Positions 8,634 to 18,523 of a stretch of DNA of 32,000 bases are shown one piece after another. The position numbers and the translations under genes were made by a program. Location: positions 120,001 through 152,000 of the forward strand of contig NC_006624.1 of the NCBI RefSeq assembly GCF_000009965.1. Direction: 5' to 3'. The notes below the pieces were generated by a model that worked only from the letters and a program-made list of their open reading frames with translations, searched no databases and had not been told where the DNA came from. The DNA comes from Thermococcus kodakarensis KOD1. GTDB taxonomy: Archaea; Methanobacteriota_B; Thermococci; Thermococcales; Thermococcaceae. Numbering within the stretch: position 1 is the first letter of the stretch; every line of letters starts with the position of its first letter.

Positions 8634-10007
8634 TTAAAACACGCCGCCGAGGTAAGCGAAGTACGCGACGAAGACTATGGTCAAGACGTACATTAGCGGG
8701 TGGACTTCCTTCCAGCGGCCGCTGAAGACCTTGAGGATGGTGTAGCTGATGAACCCGACTCCTATTCCGTCGGCTATTGAGTAGGTGTAGGGTATCGTCA
8801 CGAGGACGAGGAACGCTGGAAGTGCCTCTGTCGGGTCGCTGAAGTCAACTTCCTTGAGGGCGGTGAGCATGTAGTAGCCGACTATGACGAGGGCCGGGGC
8901 TGTTGCAAAGGCAGGGATTGCTCCAGCCAGGGGAGCTATGAAGAGACCTATCGCGAGGAAGAGGAAGCCGGTAACGAGGGCCGTCATTCCAGTCCTTCCG
9001 CCTTCTTCTATTCCCGCGGCGCTCTCGATGTATGTGGTCACCGTTGAGGTTCCGAGGACCGCACCGAAGGTCGTTCCTATGGCGTCGGTCAGGAGAACCT
9101 TCTCGGCATCGGGAACCTTTCCGTCCTCGGTCAGGAAACCAGCCTTCGCGCTCAGTCCAGTTACGGTTCCAAGCGTGTCGAAGAAGTCAACCATGAAGAA
9201 CGCGAAGACAACACCCAGGGCTCCTGCGTTTAGGAGTCCGTGGAGGTCCATCTTCATGAAGGTGTAGCTTATGTCGGGCATCGAAAAGAGACTCTCAGGC
9301 CAGGGAGCGGCCCCAGTTATCCAGCCGAGGAAGCTTGTCGTGAGTATTGAGATGAGGAGCGCACCCTTGATGCGGAGTGCAATGAGGATTCCGGTTAAGA
9401 GAAGTCCAAAAACGAAGAGAAGGCCCGCTTTGGTCGTGAGGGCCTGAGCGTTGAGGCCCGTAAAGGCGAGCTTTCCGATGAGGTTTACCTCCCCGTTTAT
9501 GACGAACTCGCTTCCAGCAGGGGCCGTTACCTTTGCCGTGAGCAGACCAACGTCGTTCAGGCCGATAAGCGTGAGGAAAAGCCCGATTCCAGCGCCTATA
9601 GCGTACTTCTGGCCCGTAGGTATCGCGTGGATTATCGCGCTCCTGACCTTGGTGACGCTGAGGACTATGAAGATGAGACCTTCGACGAAGACGGCCGCGA
9701 GAGCCACCTTCCAGCCGTATTTAGGAGCAACTGTGTAGGCGAAGTACGCGTTGAGACCCATTCCCGGTGCAAGGGCAAAGGGCTTCTTGGCGTAGATACC
9801 CATAAAGATAGTCGTGAATCCAGCGGCTAGAGCTGTCACAGCGACGAGTGAGTTGAAGGCCTCCTTTCCCATCGCATCGCTGAGGATGGATGGGTTCACG
9901 AAGAGTATGTACGCCATAGTGAGGAAAGTGGTTACCCCAGCTAAAATCTCGGTCTTCATATCGGTTCCATACTTTTCGAACTCGAAGTACTCCTCAAACC
10001 ATCCCAT
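8634..10007 (-). CDS. NCS2/AzgA-family purine (adenine/guanine/hypoxanthine) permease
   Basis: Motif GVTTFLTMAYILFVNPSIL and ~12 TM helices. ATG 10007 is preceded by GGGGTGAC (track uses GTG 10016). Confidence 0.86.
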   Translation of the reverse strand: MGWFEEYFEFEKYGTDMKTEILAGVTTFLTMAYILFVNPSILSDAMGKEAFNSLVAVTALAAGFTTIFMGIYAKKPFALAPGMGLNAYFAYTVAPKYGWKVALAAVFVEGLIFIVLSVTKVRSAIIHAIPTGQKYAIGAGIGLFLTLIGLNDVGLLTAKVTAPAGSEFVINGEVNLIGKLAFTGLNAQALTTKAGLLFVFGLLLTGILIALRIKGALLISILTTSFLGWITGAAPWPESLFSMPDISYTFMKMDLHGLLNAGALGVVFAFFMVDFFDTLGTVTGLSAKAGFLTEDGKVPDAEKVLLTDAIGTTFGAVLGTSTVTTYIESAAGIEEGGRTGMTALVTGFLFLAIGLFIAPLAGAIPAFATAPALVIVGYYMLTALKEVDFSDPTEALPAFLVLVTIPYTYSIADGIGVGFISYTILKVFSGRWKEVHPLMYVLTIVFVAYFAYLGGVF

Positions 10008-10152
10008 GAGCGTCACCCCCGTTTGACTATTACCTGCTAATAAAACCGATTTTTAAATCTTTTTTTGACGTAGAAATGTAAAACTGGGGGCAGATGAAGG
10101 TCTGGTGCGTTTGGGCAAAACAGGAAAAAGCAATGGCATCAGAATGGCCACT

Positions 10153-11157
10153 TCATTCGAGGACAGAATACGAAAGAACCTCGACGCTCACTTCCTTGGG
10201 GATGTCTTCCGGGCTGAAGGGCAGTTCGTTAAGGAAGCGCTCCGCAGTTATGGTCTCGCCACCTATCCCCAGTCTCAGGCGTATCCTGCCCGGCAGGAGG
10301 TCGTAGTCAATGACCCTGGCGCCCTTTCCGGGCTTCACGAGGACGTTTTCGGGCCTGAAGAAGACCCTAACTTTTCCATCTCTTCCCGTTTTGAACTCCA
10401 GAGTGCCAAGGCGGGCGATTCCGTTCTCAGCTTCAAGCTCCAGTATGTTGCTCAAACCCAAGAACTTGGCGACAAACTCAGTTTTCGGGTGGTAGTAGAG
10501 TTCAAGCGGTTTTCCTATCCCTTCTATCCTTCCCGAGTTCATCACGGCTATTCTGTCGCTCACGGCCATTGCCTCTTCCTGGTCGTGGGTGACGTAGATC
10601 GTCGTTATCCCAAGCTCCTTCTGGATTCTCCTTATCTCTCCCCTCAGGCGCTCGCGTATCTTGGCGTCGAGGTTGCTGAGGGGCTCGTCGAGGAGGAGAA
10701 CTTGTGGCTCTATGACCAAGGCCCTGGCGAGGGCTACCCTCTGCTGCTGGCCGCCTGAGAGCTGTTCTGGGTAGCGGTTTTCAAACCCCTTGAGGCCGAC
10801 CAGTTCAAGCGCCCACTCGACCTTCTTCTTTATCTCGTCCCTGGGAAGCTTCCTCATCTCAAGGCCAAAGGCGACGTTTTCAAAGACCGTCATGTGCGGA
10901 AAGAGCGCGTAGTCCTGGAAGACTATCCCAATGTTCCTCTTTCCTGGTTCCAAGTTCGTAACATCTGTCTCGTCGAAAAACACCCTTCCAGAGTCGGGTT
11001 TTTCAAGTCCTGCTATGATCCGCAGGGTGGTCGTCTTCCCGCACCCGCTCGGCCCGAGGAGCGTCATCATCTCCCCGCTCTCCACTTCAAGCTCCGGAAT
11101 CTCGAGTGTAAAGCCCTCGAACGACTTCCTTATTCCCACAAGCCTAACCCTCACCAT
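10153..11157 (-). CDS. ABC importer ATP-binding protein (PotA/FbpC/ThiQ-like, with C-terminal TOBE-like domain)
   Basis: Walker A GPSGCGKTT, signature LSGGQQQRV, Walker B LLLDEP, H-loop VTHDQ. Overlaps the permease stop by 7 nt. Confidence 0.9.
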   Translation of the reverse strand: MVRVRLVGIRKSFEGFTLEIPELEVESGEMMTLLGPSGCGKTTTLRIIAGLEKPDSGRVFFDETDVTNLEPGKRNIGIVFQDYALFPHMTVFENVAFGLEMRKLPRDEIKKKVEWALELVGLKGFENRYPEQLSGGQQQRVALARALVIEPQVLLLDEPLSNLDAKIRERLRGEIRRIQKELGITTIYVTHDQEEAMAVSDRIAVMNSGRIEGIGKPLELYYHPKTEFVAKFLGLSNILELEAENGIARLGTLEFKTGRDGKVRVFFRPENVLVKPGKGARVIDYDLLPGRIRLRLGIGGETITAERFLNELPFSPEDIPKEVSVEVLSYSVLE

Positions 11158-12773
11158 ACTTCCTCACCGGTTCTCTCGATGATTATGAAGCCGAGAGCCG
11201 AGACCGCCATGAGGAGAACGGACAGCGCCGAAGCGCTCCCGAACTGCCTCGCGCCGAGGAACTTGTATATCGCTATCGTCATCGTGGTGTATTCCGGTGT
11301 GGCAAGCATGTAGGTCGCACCAAGCTCCGCAATGCTCATCGCGAAGGCGAATATTGCTCCAACCACCAATCCTCCAGCGGCCAGCGGTAGCTCAACTCTC
11401 AGGAAGGCTTTCCACTCCCCTGCACCGAGGCTGAGCGCAGCTTCCCTAAGGTTTGGCTTTATCTTCTTCAGGGCAGTTGAAACGGAGCGAAGGACGAACG
11501 GATAGGCTATAACTGTATGGGCTATCACGATTATCCAGATGGTGTAGTAGAGGGGTGTCGTACTGAAGAACTTCACGTAGGCGAAACCGATGGTTATCGG
11601 CGAGCTGGCCAGCGGGAGCATCGCGAGGGCATCGAGCAGGACTTTTCCCTTAAACTTCCAGCGGTTGAGGAAGTACGCTATCGGCAGGCCGACCAGAGTT
11701 GAGAGGAACACAGTTGCAAAGCCGAAGAGGAGTGAGTTCCTTATCGCTCCGAGGGTTGAAGTTCCGAACATCGGGTTGTACTCGGTGGAGAATATCCTTC
11801 TGTACCACTCAAGGCTCCAAGTTCCGTTGAAGCGCAGGGAGTCGTAGACGACGGCCCCAAGCGGCGCCAGGATAAAGACCACGACAAAGATGGAGTAGAG
11901 AACTATCCCGAGCCCCTTAGGGCTTAAGATTGACCTGATGGTCAGCTCCTTCGGTTTCCTCATTATTCTCTGCTCCTCTCTCTTTGAATACGCCTCAAGC
12001 GCCTTCAGGTAGAGGTACATGAAGACCACCGAAAGGGAGAGCTGGATTATTGCAAGAGCCGCCCCGGTTCTGAAGTCGAGGAGGGTAACTATCGTCGAAA
12101 ATATGTCCACCTCGATGGTAACATACTGGTAGCCGCCGAGGATGAGTGGCACGGAGAAGCTGAGGAAGCAGAAAACGAAGGTCAGCATAGCCGAGGCGAA
12201 GATGGCCGGTGAGATCAGCGGGAGCGTGACCTTTCTGAATAGGGTAAACCCCTTTGCCCCTAGAACCTCAGCCATCTCCTCGTAGTGGGGGTTGACCCTC
12301 TGCCAGAGCGCCGAGACCATCCTGACGACAATCGGGAAGTTGTAGAAGGAGTGGGCCAGAAGGATTGCCTTCCAAGAGTAGATTATGCCCGGGTCGCGCC
12401 CTATCAGTCCCGCAATGATGCCGCCCTTCCCGAAGAGGATTACGAAGCCGAGCGCTACCATAATGCCCGGCATCACGAAAGGAACAGTCAAGACGGCCTT
12501 TATCAGTCTCTTTCCGGGGAAATCGTAGTTGGCGAAGATGTACGCCCCGGGAAGGCCGATTAGAACGGTTAAAACCGTTGACGCTAAAGCCTGGGAAATC
12601 GTGAAGAGGATAACGTTTCGGTGGTACTCGTTGCTCAGGACTGCCCGGAGGTACTCCAGGGTTGGCCCGTTTTCCCAGACTCCAAGACTGAGGATGCTGA
12701 GTATTGGGGCGTAGAAGAAGAATACGAGAAAGGCCAGTGGCGGCAGGATGACCGCGAGCGCTTTTGGTCTCAT
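11151..12773 (-). CDS. fused two-domain ABC importer permease (FbpB/ThiP-like), 540 aa
   Basis: Two EAA-type loops (EEMAEVLGAKGFTLFRKVTLPL and REAALSLGAGEWKAFLRVELPL). Start is set to ATG 12773 (MRPKALAV...), because the track's 98-codon N-terminal extension runs into the divergent gene. Confidence 0.84.
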   Translation of the reverse strand: MRPKALAVILPPLAFLVFFFYAPILSILSLGVWENGPTLEYLRAVLSNEYHRNVILFTISQALASTVLTVLIGLPGAYIFANYDFPGKRLIKAVLTVPFVMPGIMVALGFVILFGKGGIIAGLIGRDPGIIYSWKAILLAHSFYNFPIVVRMVSALWQRVNPHYEEMAEVLGAKGFTLFRKVTLPLISPAIFASAMLTFVFCFLSFSVPLILGGYQYVTIEVDIFSTIVTLLDFRTGAALAIIQLSLSVVFMYLYLKALEAYSKREEQRIMRKPKELTIRSILSPKGLGIVLYSIFVVVFILAPLGAVVYDSLRFNGTWSLEWYRRIFSTEYNPMFGTSTLGAIRNSLLFGFATVFLSTLVGLPIAYFLNRWKFKGKVLLDALAMLPLASSPITIGFAYVKFFSTTPLYYTIWIIVIAHTVIAYPFVLRSVSTALKKIKPNLREAALSLGAGEWKAFLRVELPLAAGGLVVGAIFAFAMSIAELGATYMLATPEYTTMTIAIYKFLGARQFGSASALSVLLMAVSALGFIIIERTGEEVW

Positions 12774-12795
12774 GCCTATAACTCGGTTCTTCGGG

Positions 12796-12803
12796 TTTAT
12801 AAG
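12796..12803. promoter_or_regulatory. near-symmetric TATA element (TTTATAAG) in the 85-bp divergent spacer
   Basis: It is the only TATA-like element between the start codons at 12773 (minus) and 12859 (plus). About 25 nt from the minus-strand ATG, which suggests a near-leaderless mRNA. Confidence 0.35.
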
Positions 12804-12858
12804 CGTTGATTGGGCAAGGTTGTTAAGGTCTGGTGGGCTACTCATACCGGTGACTCCC

Positions 12859-13893
12859 ATGAAGGCCCCTGACCTTGGAATAAGGATAGGTCTCCACGAA
12901 CCCGGAAAGAGGAACTCAATAGCCGACCTCGGAGTTAAAGTCGGGCACACAACTCTCATCGAGGGCGATGACGTAAGGACTGGCGTTACCGTAGTTCTAC
13001 CGCCGGTAAAGAACCCCTTCAGGGAGAGGCTCTTCGCTTCGACATTCGTCATGAACGGTTTCTCCAAGCCGATAGGCTTCGTTCAGGTTGACGAGCTCGG
13101 CTACATCGAGACGCCGGTAGCTCTGACCAACACCCTGAGCGTTTATACCGTCGCCAGTGCCGTCGTCAGGCACATGATTGACCTAAACCCAGACCTGAAG
13201 AGCGTCTCGCCCGTCGTTATGGAGTGCAACGACTCCTACCTGAACAACATCAGGAAGATGGCGGTTAAGGAAGATCACTACTTTGAGGCCGTTAAAAATG
13301 CCTCGCTCGACTTTGAGGAAGGCGCTGTGGGGGCTGGGACAGGAATGAGCGCCTTCGAGTTTAAAGGCGGTATAGGCTCTTCCTCAAGGGTCGTCGAGAT
13401 TGGCGGGGAGGAATACAAGGTCGCTTCGTTGGTTTTGGCAAACTTCGGAAGGAGAGAAGACTTAACGATAGCTGGAGTTCCCGTCGGCGAGCTTTTGAAG
13501 GACTATCCCGGTAGGGGGACTTCAGGGAAGGGCAGCATCTCGATGGTTGTTGCCACCGACGCTCCACTCACGGCAAGGCAGCTTAAGAGGCTTGCAAAGA
13601 GGGCAGTGGTTGGACTTGCGAGAACTGGCGGCTACGCCTACCACGGGAGCGGAGACATAGTGCTGGCCTTCTCCACAGCCCAGACCGTTCCAATTGGAAA
13701 AGAGCCGGAACTGGTTAGTTTCCTGCCTGACAACGCTCTCAGCTACCTCTTCAGGGCGACCGCCGAGGCAACGGAAGAAGCGATAATAAACGCCCTCCTG
13801 CAGGCCAAGACCGTTGAGGGAAACGGGCACGTGAGGTATGCGCTTCCGGTTGAGAGAGTTTTGGAAACGCTCAAAAAGAACCGAGCATCATAG
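12859..13893 (+). CDS. DmpA/BapA-family (peptidase S58, Ntn-hydrolase) aminopeptidase
   Basis: N-terminal RNSIADLGVKVGHTTL, and GKG|SISMVVATDAPL resembling the S58 autoprocessing region. ATG 12859 is preceded by GGTGAC. Confidence 0.82.
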   Translation: MKAPDLGIRIGLHEPGKRNSIADLGVKVGHTTLIEGDDVRTGVTVVLPPVKNPFRERLFASTFVMNGFSKPIGFVQVDELGYIETPVALTNTLSVYTVASAVVRHMIDLNPDLKSVSPVVMECNDSYLNNIRKMAVKEDHYFEAVKNASLDFEEGAVGAGTGMSAFEFKGGIGSSSRVVEIGGEEYKVASLVLANFGRREDLTIAGVPVGELLKDYPGRGTSGKGSISMVVATDAPLTARQLKRLAKRAVVGLARTGGYAYHGSGDIVLAFSTAQTVPIGKEPELVSFLPDNALSYLFRATAEATEEAIINALLQAKTVEGNGHVRYALPVERVLETLKKNRAS

Positions 13894-14550
13894 CCCCTCG
13901 ATCTTGGGGATGACTTCCTCTGGGCTGCCCTTTAGAACGGCCCTTCCCGCGGCTATGACCACAACTTCGTTCGCGAACTTCATTAGGGGCCTCCACACAT
14001 GGGACACCGCCACGATGTTCAATCCATCGTTCGCGAGCCTTCCGAGCGTCTCTGAGACCTCATTTATTCCCCGAAAGTCGAGGTTTGCGAGGGGCTCGTC
14101 TAAAAGGACCAACTCTGGTTTTCCAATGAAGGCCTGGGCCAGGGAAAGCCGCTTCATCATTCCTGCGGAGTATTCGCCAATCCGCCTGTCAAGAAAACCC
14201 GTAACCGAGAACATCTCGGCACTCTCCAGAACGTTATCGTCATCGGCTCCCTTGAGTCTCGCGATGTAATCAAGCCACTCCCGCCCGGTTCTGTGCTTCG
14301 GGAGTGCGGGTGGATCAAAGGAGACTCCAAGCCGTGATTTGACCCTTTCATTGCTCCAGGGGGCCTCGCCGAGAACTTCAACTCTCCCCGAGCTGGGCCT
14401 GTAGAGCCCCGCGCATAGTTTCAGGAAAGTGCTCTTGCCACCACCGTTTGGACCCAGGATGAGCGTGAATCCCCTTTCAATCTTCACGCTTATTGAGTCG
14501 AGGGCTACGAGCTTTCCAAAACGCTTGCTCAGATTTTTTGCGGTGATCAT
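13888..14550 (-). CDS. ABC-2/DrrA-type ABC transporter ATP-binding protein
   Basis: Walker A GPNGGGKST, signature YSAGMMKRL, Walker B LVLLDEP, H-loop VSH. ATGA overlap with the upstream gene. Confidence 0.88.
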   Translation of the reverse strand: MITAKNLSKRFGKLVALDSISVKIERGFTLILGPNGGGKSTFLKLCAGLYRPSSGRVEVLGEAPWSNERVKSRLGVSFDPPALPKHRTGREWLDYIARLKGADDDNVLESAEMFSVTGFLDRRIGEYSAGMMKRLSLAQAFIGKPELVLLDEPLANLDFRGINEVSETLGRLANDGLNIVAVSHVWRPLMKFANEVVVIAAGRAVLKGSPEEVIPKIEGL

Positions 14551-14984
14551 CTTCTCCCCTCCCTGAAGAGCAGTAACGCGAGAATTATTGCCGAAGTTCC
14601 GCCGGTGAAGTATTTTATCTCCAGGATTCTCCTCGATGGATACTTTGAAGTCATCCGGTATGCCAGGGTAACCGGTGCATAGTAGCTGTTTATCTGGGCA
14701 AAATAATAACCGGCGTGCTTGATTTTCAAGTATCCGTTGAGCTGGCCCTTGGGAGTCTCGTTAAGGAGAAATCCATTTCTCTCCGGGTCGTAGAACGAAA
14801 CGCTGTAATTCGCACCCATTCCGGCGTTGGTCGTCACGCGAAGAACGCCGGCGGATGGCAGTACAAAACCTTTTTCGTTACTCACAACGCCCGAAGTGGA
14901 CGTTCTAAGGGCCTTTTCTTGCAGTGGGAACGAGAGGAGTGTGAAGATCAAAAGGGCCAGGAGGAACGCTTTTATGAGCCTCAC
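14547..14984 (-). CDS. small bitopic protein (N-terminal signal/TM, ~100-aa extracytoplasmic domain, C-terminal TM), unknown function
   Basis: GTG 14984 forms a GTGA overlap with the permease stop and follows GGAGGGA (track start is 14999). Hydrophobic termini LIKAFLLALLIFTLLSF and TSAIILALLLF. Confidence 0.6.
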   Translation of the reverse strand: MRLIKAFLLALLIFTLLSFPLQEKALRTSTSGVVSNEKGFVLPSAGVLRVTTNAGMGANYSVSFYDPERNGFLLNETPKGQLNGYLKIKHAGYYFAQINSYYAPVTLAYRMTSKYPSRRILEIKYFTGGTSAIILALLLFREGRR

Positions 14985-15757
14985 GAGACATCCCTCCACT
15001 CGCTTAGAACGAGCGTGAGTGAAAGAACGACCAGCGGGAGCAACAGGCAGGGATAAAACGTCGTGTTAAAGAAAATGCCCAGCTTTTCCCATGGATCCCA
15101 GAACACGGCGTGGGCTTTTATGAGTCCATCGTTCAGAATTCTGGGAGGCAGAAAGTCCCAGCCAAGGATCTCCGGGACGTACATCACGGTTATTCCGCCC
15201 AGGATCGCCGCAAACGTGCCGGGGCTCAGCACGGCTATCATGGAGGACAGGGACGACACGTAAAGCGCCGCTTCAAGCCAGTAGAGAATGTGTATAAGCA
15301 GGTAACGCTGACCGAGCATTCCCTCCTTGATCATGGTGGGACTGTCCCCGTAGGAGTAAAGGTAGGCAACAAGGGCCGCACTGAAGGCTGAGAGGAAGAG
15401 GACTACAAAGACCGCAATGAACTTTGCCAGAACAACCTTGTAGTTCCTGAGGGGAAGGGAATAGACGCTCTTTGCAACCCCCGTGTCCCTGTCGTATCGG
15501 ATGGCCAGGGATGTGAGGAGAACCCCAGTAATGGCAAAGATCGCTGTGGACTTATCGGAGAGTCCCGGAAAAAGCATGGCAGTCCCAGCGGCCGCGTGCT
15601 CCCTGGCCGTTCCCAGCCCCATGGTCATCACGTTCGTATCAATGTCGAAAAGATTGGTGTAGAACGTCACCGCCAGCAGGAGGAAGCTGAAAACAAATAT
15701 GAGTGCCACGTAGGGGTCCTCCAACTCCCATTTCAGCTGCTCTTTGAAGCGCCCCAT
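14981..15757 (-). CDS. ABC-2 family transporter permease (6 TM)
   Basis: Six hydrophobic helices. ABC-2-like loop RYDRDTGVAKSVYSLPLRNYKVVLAKF after TM2. Strong GGAGGTGA RBS. Confidence 0.72.
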   Translation of the reverse strand: MGRFKEQLKWELEDPYVALIFVFSFLLLAVTFYTNLFDIDTNVMTMGLGTAREHAAAGTAMLFPGLSDKSTAIFAITGVLLTSLAIRYDRDTGVAKSVYSLPLRNYKVVLAKFIAVFVVLFLSAFSAALVAYLYSYGDSPTMIKEGMLGQRYLLIHILYWLEAALYVSSLSSMIAVLSPGTFAAILGGITVMYVPEILGWDFLPPRILNDGLIKAHAVFWDPWEKLGIFFNTTFYPCLLLPLVVLSLTLVLSEWRDVS

Positions 15758-15761
15758 TGGC

Positions 15762-17483
15762 TCACCTCCTCCTTAGAGCGATCCCAGTTAGCAGTATCAC
15801 CACGACGAGCGCGAGAAGTTTGTGAGTAGTGCCATAGGAGTTTCTTCCTGAGGACGGCGCTGGCGCTGGTATTTTGGTTAGTTTCTTAGTCGGGGTATCG
15901 GAGTTCATGGACTCATTAGAGGTTCCCGCATTCTTTCTGACCTTCTCAAGGGTTATGGTGACGTTGACCACCTTTCCGGGCTCCAGGTATGCGGTCTTGC
16001 TCGCGTTCATGTACCCCTCCAGAGATACATCCACAGTGTAGCGTCCAGGTTCAAGGGCCAGCATGCATGGGCTCCGGCACGTTTTGTTCCCAATTGATAC
16101 CAGGGCCCCGGATGGCACCGTGGTGACCGAGAGAACCGGCAGGGGCTTCAGACCGATTTTTAGAACCCTCGACTCGTTTGGAGCGAGCAGGACGCTCAAG
16201 TTCTCGGCGACGTGGCCGGGGGCTGTTACGTGGATGAAGTGTCTCCCCGGTGAGGTCTCAACGGAGCGGTTATTCACGGGTTTCCCGTCGATGAAGACGG
16301 AAGCGTTTGATGGGGTCACGTTGAAGAACAACCGCGCGGGTAGAGGCTTGAGTTTGAGGTTGAGCTCCCTTGTTTCTGGAACTGAAAAGTTCACGGTGAC
16401 GCCGCTGTTGTTCGTGAAGGCCGTGAGGGTGTAATTCCCCTCCGGAAGGTAGATGGTCCCAGGTGAGACCCCTGCTGCCTTGGCGTTTCCGACGACTTCA
16501 AAGCTGGCCGCGGGGGTGGTGTTCACACGAACCCCGTAGAGCTCGACACTCTCTTCCCTCACCCTGATGAGCTCAAGGGCGGTCCTGAGGCTGTATGAGA
16601 TACCGTACTTTTCCCAGGGTCTTGGCTTTACCACGGCCGTCACGAGAGTGTGATTGAGTCCCACGCTTAAGTTGTAAGTGTCAGTTTTTGGGATATGGTT
16701 TATGGTGATGGTGTCTCCGTCGGTAGTCGTTCCGGTGACGTTGTACACATCTTGAGTAACCACGGGCAGGATTATAGTGAAGGGAGTTACCATCGAAGTC
16801 GAGCTAACGTTGTAAAGGTAGCCATTTACGAGCTCCACGTCAGAGGACACTTCAACTGATGAGAGGGGAGTCAGAAAACTTGTGTCCTTGAGGGCAATTC
16901 CTGATGTTCCAAAGGGGCCTGCAATCGTATAGAAGATGTACTCCAGCTTTCCATTTATATCTTGGATGCCACTCCTTAAGTAACATGGTGTTATAGTGTT
17001 ATTGATCGTGAGCTTTGCGATTGTGTCTCCAGCGTCTTCTAGGGTCATCGGCAGAGGTCTGTCGATGTAATAAAAGGGACTCCACGCTCCTCCACATCCC
17101 CTTGGAATCCCAAGGCTTGGGCGAGAGCTGTATTTTGGGTAGTGTTTCCACCAGTCGTACGTCACTTTAACACCGAGGATCGTGAGGTTTCCCTCCACCA
17201 ACTCATCAGGCTCAACTGTACTGAATTCCACCCTCACGAGTTTTGAAGCGTTAACGAAGACTTTGGCCTCAAGCTTAACTTGACCCTCTGCGCTCACAGT
17301 GTAGTTCCCCACCGGAAGAACGAGAGTTATTGGGGTGTTAAAAACTCCAACGCCGCGAACTTCAACCGTGAGGTTGTCCCCTTCTATCGTGAGGGCACCG
17401 TAAGCGGAGCTGGCCAGTGCTCCCTGTGTTGTGGGATTGAAGATGGCAGTCAACAGCAACCCCATTAGGAGGAGCCTCTTCAT
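15762..17483 (-). CDS. secreted, C-terminally membrane-anchored PEGA-repeat surface protein (573 aa), probable glycoprotein
   Basis: Signal peptide MKRLLLMGLLLTAIFNPTTQGALA. At least four PEGA-like beta-sandwich repeats (e.g. LPEGNYTLTAF, FIDGKPV..SPGRHFIHVTAPGHV, EPGRYTVDVSLEGY). 22 N-x-S/T sequons. S/T/P linker, then TM, then RRR at the C-terminus. ATGA overlap with the upstream gene. Confidence 0.75.
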   Translation of the reverse strand: MKRLLLMGLLLTAIFNPTTQGALASSAYGALTIEGDNLTVEVRGVGVFNTPITLVLPVGNYTVSAEGQVKLEAKVFVNASKLVRVEFSTVEPDELVEGNLTILGVKVTYDWWKHYPKYSSRPSLGIPRGCGGAWSPFYYIDRPLPMTLEDAGDTIAKLTINNTITPCYLRSGIQDINGKLEYIFYTIAGPFGTSGIALKDTSFLTPLSSVEVSSDVELVNGYLYNVSSTSMVTPFTIILPVVTQDVYNVTGTTTDGDTITINHIPKTDTYNLSVGLNHTLVTAVVKPRPWEKYGISYSLRTALELIRVREESVELYGVRVNTTPAASFEVVGNAKAAGVSPGTIYLPEGNYTLTAFTNNSGVTVNFSVPETRELNLKLKPLPARLFFNVTPSNASVFIDGKPVNNRSVETSPGRHFIHVTAPGHVAENLSVLLAPNESRVLKIGLKPLPVLSVTTVPSGALVSIGNKTCRSPCMLALEPGRYTVDVSLEGYMNASKTAYLEPGKVVNVTITLEKVRKNAGTSNESMNSDTPTKKLTKIPAPAPSSGRNSYGTTHKLLALVVVILLTGIALRRR

Positions 17484-18523
17484 CTTTTCCACCTCCGGAT
17501 GAGCGAGACTACAAGGGCCCCTACACCGAAGAGCATGTAGTACTTGAGGGCGGTATCGGGACGCGTTCCTGTTCTGTCCTCAGGGAACCGAATGTTGGTT
17601 TTATAAAGTACAAACTCGTAGGGCCAGTACTCTCTAGAGAAGTCAATTTTGTCGTTTATCTCTGCTGAGTAATAGTTGAATGGGGCGACGAACATTATCC
17701 CCGCTGCGTAGAGTTCTGGATATGGAGAATCTATGTCAATTGCTATCCCCGTGTTCAAGTCGTAGAGTGATTCAAAACCTATAAAAGAGCTTAAGTAGCC
17801 TTTTTTCTGATAGATTATCGGCAACCAGTTTGATCTAATCCTCACTAGCGGGGGGCGGAAGGTTCTAACGAAAGTGTGCACGAGTTTGTCCTGGGCAAAG
17901 GTTACGTTATTCACCTTAAGATCTCCCACCACCGTAAAACCATATCTCTTCAGTATTGATGCTTTGTAGAGTAGGCTCTTCCTTTCGGGGAGGTTGTAGG
18001 GGAGGATGAAGAATGTGGGTCTGCCCAGTTTGGAGCCGTTGATGTAATAGTATCCGTCGGTGAGGTTGAGGAAAAGTTTTCCCCTGAACGTCAGTGAATC
18101 AACCCAGCATCCTGGACTCGGCGTCGCGTTTTCCAGCGTTAATGTGACAAGAACCACTGCAGAAGAATTCGTCACATCCGTAAGATTAAAGGTGATAAAG
18201 ATTGGACCGAAAACTAGAAAACTCCGGAGGATTGAGTAATTTTTTGAGTTCTCTATACCTTCCCTGAATTCCTGGCATTCTCTCTTTCCATTTTCAAAAG
18301 AGGATTCAAAAGACTTCCTGTTCTCCGTGGACAGCTCTGAGGGAATGAACGATACAGAATTGAAGTAGTCCTTGTATCTTCCTTCCCCCGGCAACACCGC
18401 GTACGTTACGTACGTTCCGTTTTTGAACCAGGAGGGTGGGGTGAAAGCGCCTGCATAGGAGACAAAAAACAATGAAAGAATGAAGAAGCCCGCGAGAGGT
18501 CTCTTCACGGCCGGACCCTCCAT
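17480..18523 (-). CDS. extracellular protein with N-terminal signal/TM and C-terminal TM anchor (347 aa), unknown function
   Basis: N-terminal PLAGFFILSLFFVSYAGA and C-terminal YYMLFGVGALVVSLIRRWKR. 8 sequons. The start ATG directly abuts the upstream stop (TAAATG). Lower GC than neighbours. Confidence 0.65.
   Translation of the reverse strand: MEGPAVKRPLAGFFILSLFFVSYAGAFTPPSWFKNGTYVTYAVLPGEGRYKDYFNSVSFIPSELSTENRKSFESSFENGKRECQEFREGIENSKNYSILRSFLVFGPIFITFNLTDVTNSSAVVLVTLTLENATPSPGCWVDSLTFRGKLFLNLTDGYYYINGSKLGRPTFFILPYNLPERKSLLYKASILKRYGFTVVGDLKVNNVTFAQDKLVHTFVRTFRPPLVRIRSNWLPIIYQKKGYLSSFIGFESLYDLNTGIAIDIDSPYPELYAAGIMFVAPFNYYSAEINDKIDFSREYWPYEFVLYKTNIRFPEDRTGTRPDTALKYYMLFGVGALVVSLIRRWKR

Noticed and set aside
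12774-13067. N-terminal 98-codon extension of the ABC permease ORF, and the 37-codon extension of the aminopeptidase ORF (12748-12858).
   Set aside because: The two extensions overlap each other on opposite strands and lack family similarity. Internal ATGs at 12773 and 12859 give proteins that begin where the conserved sequences begin, and they leave an 85-bp spacer containing a TATA box.
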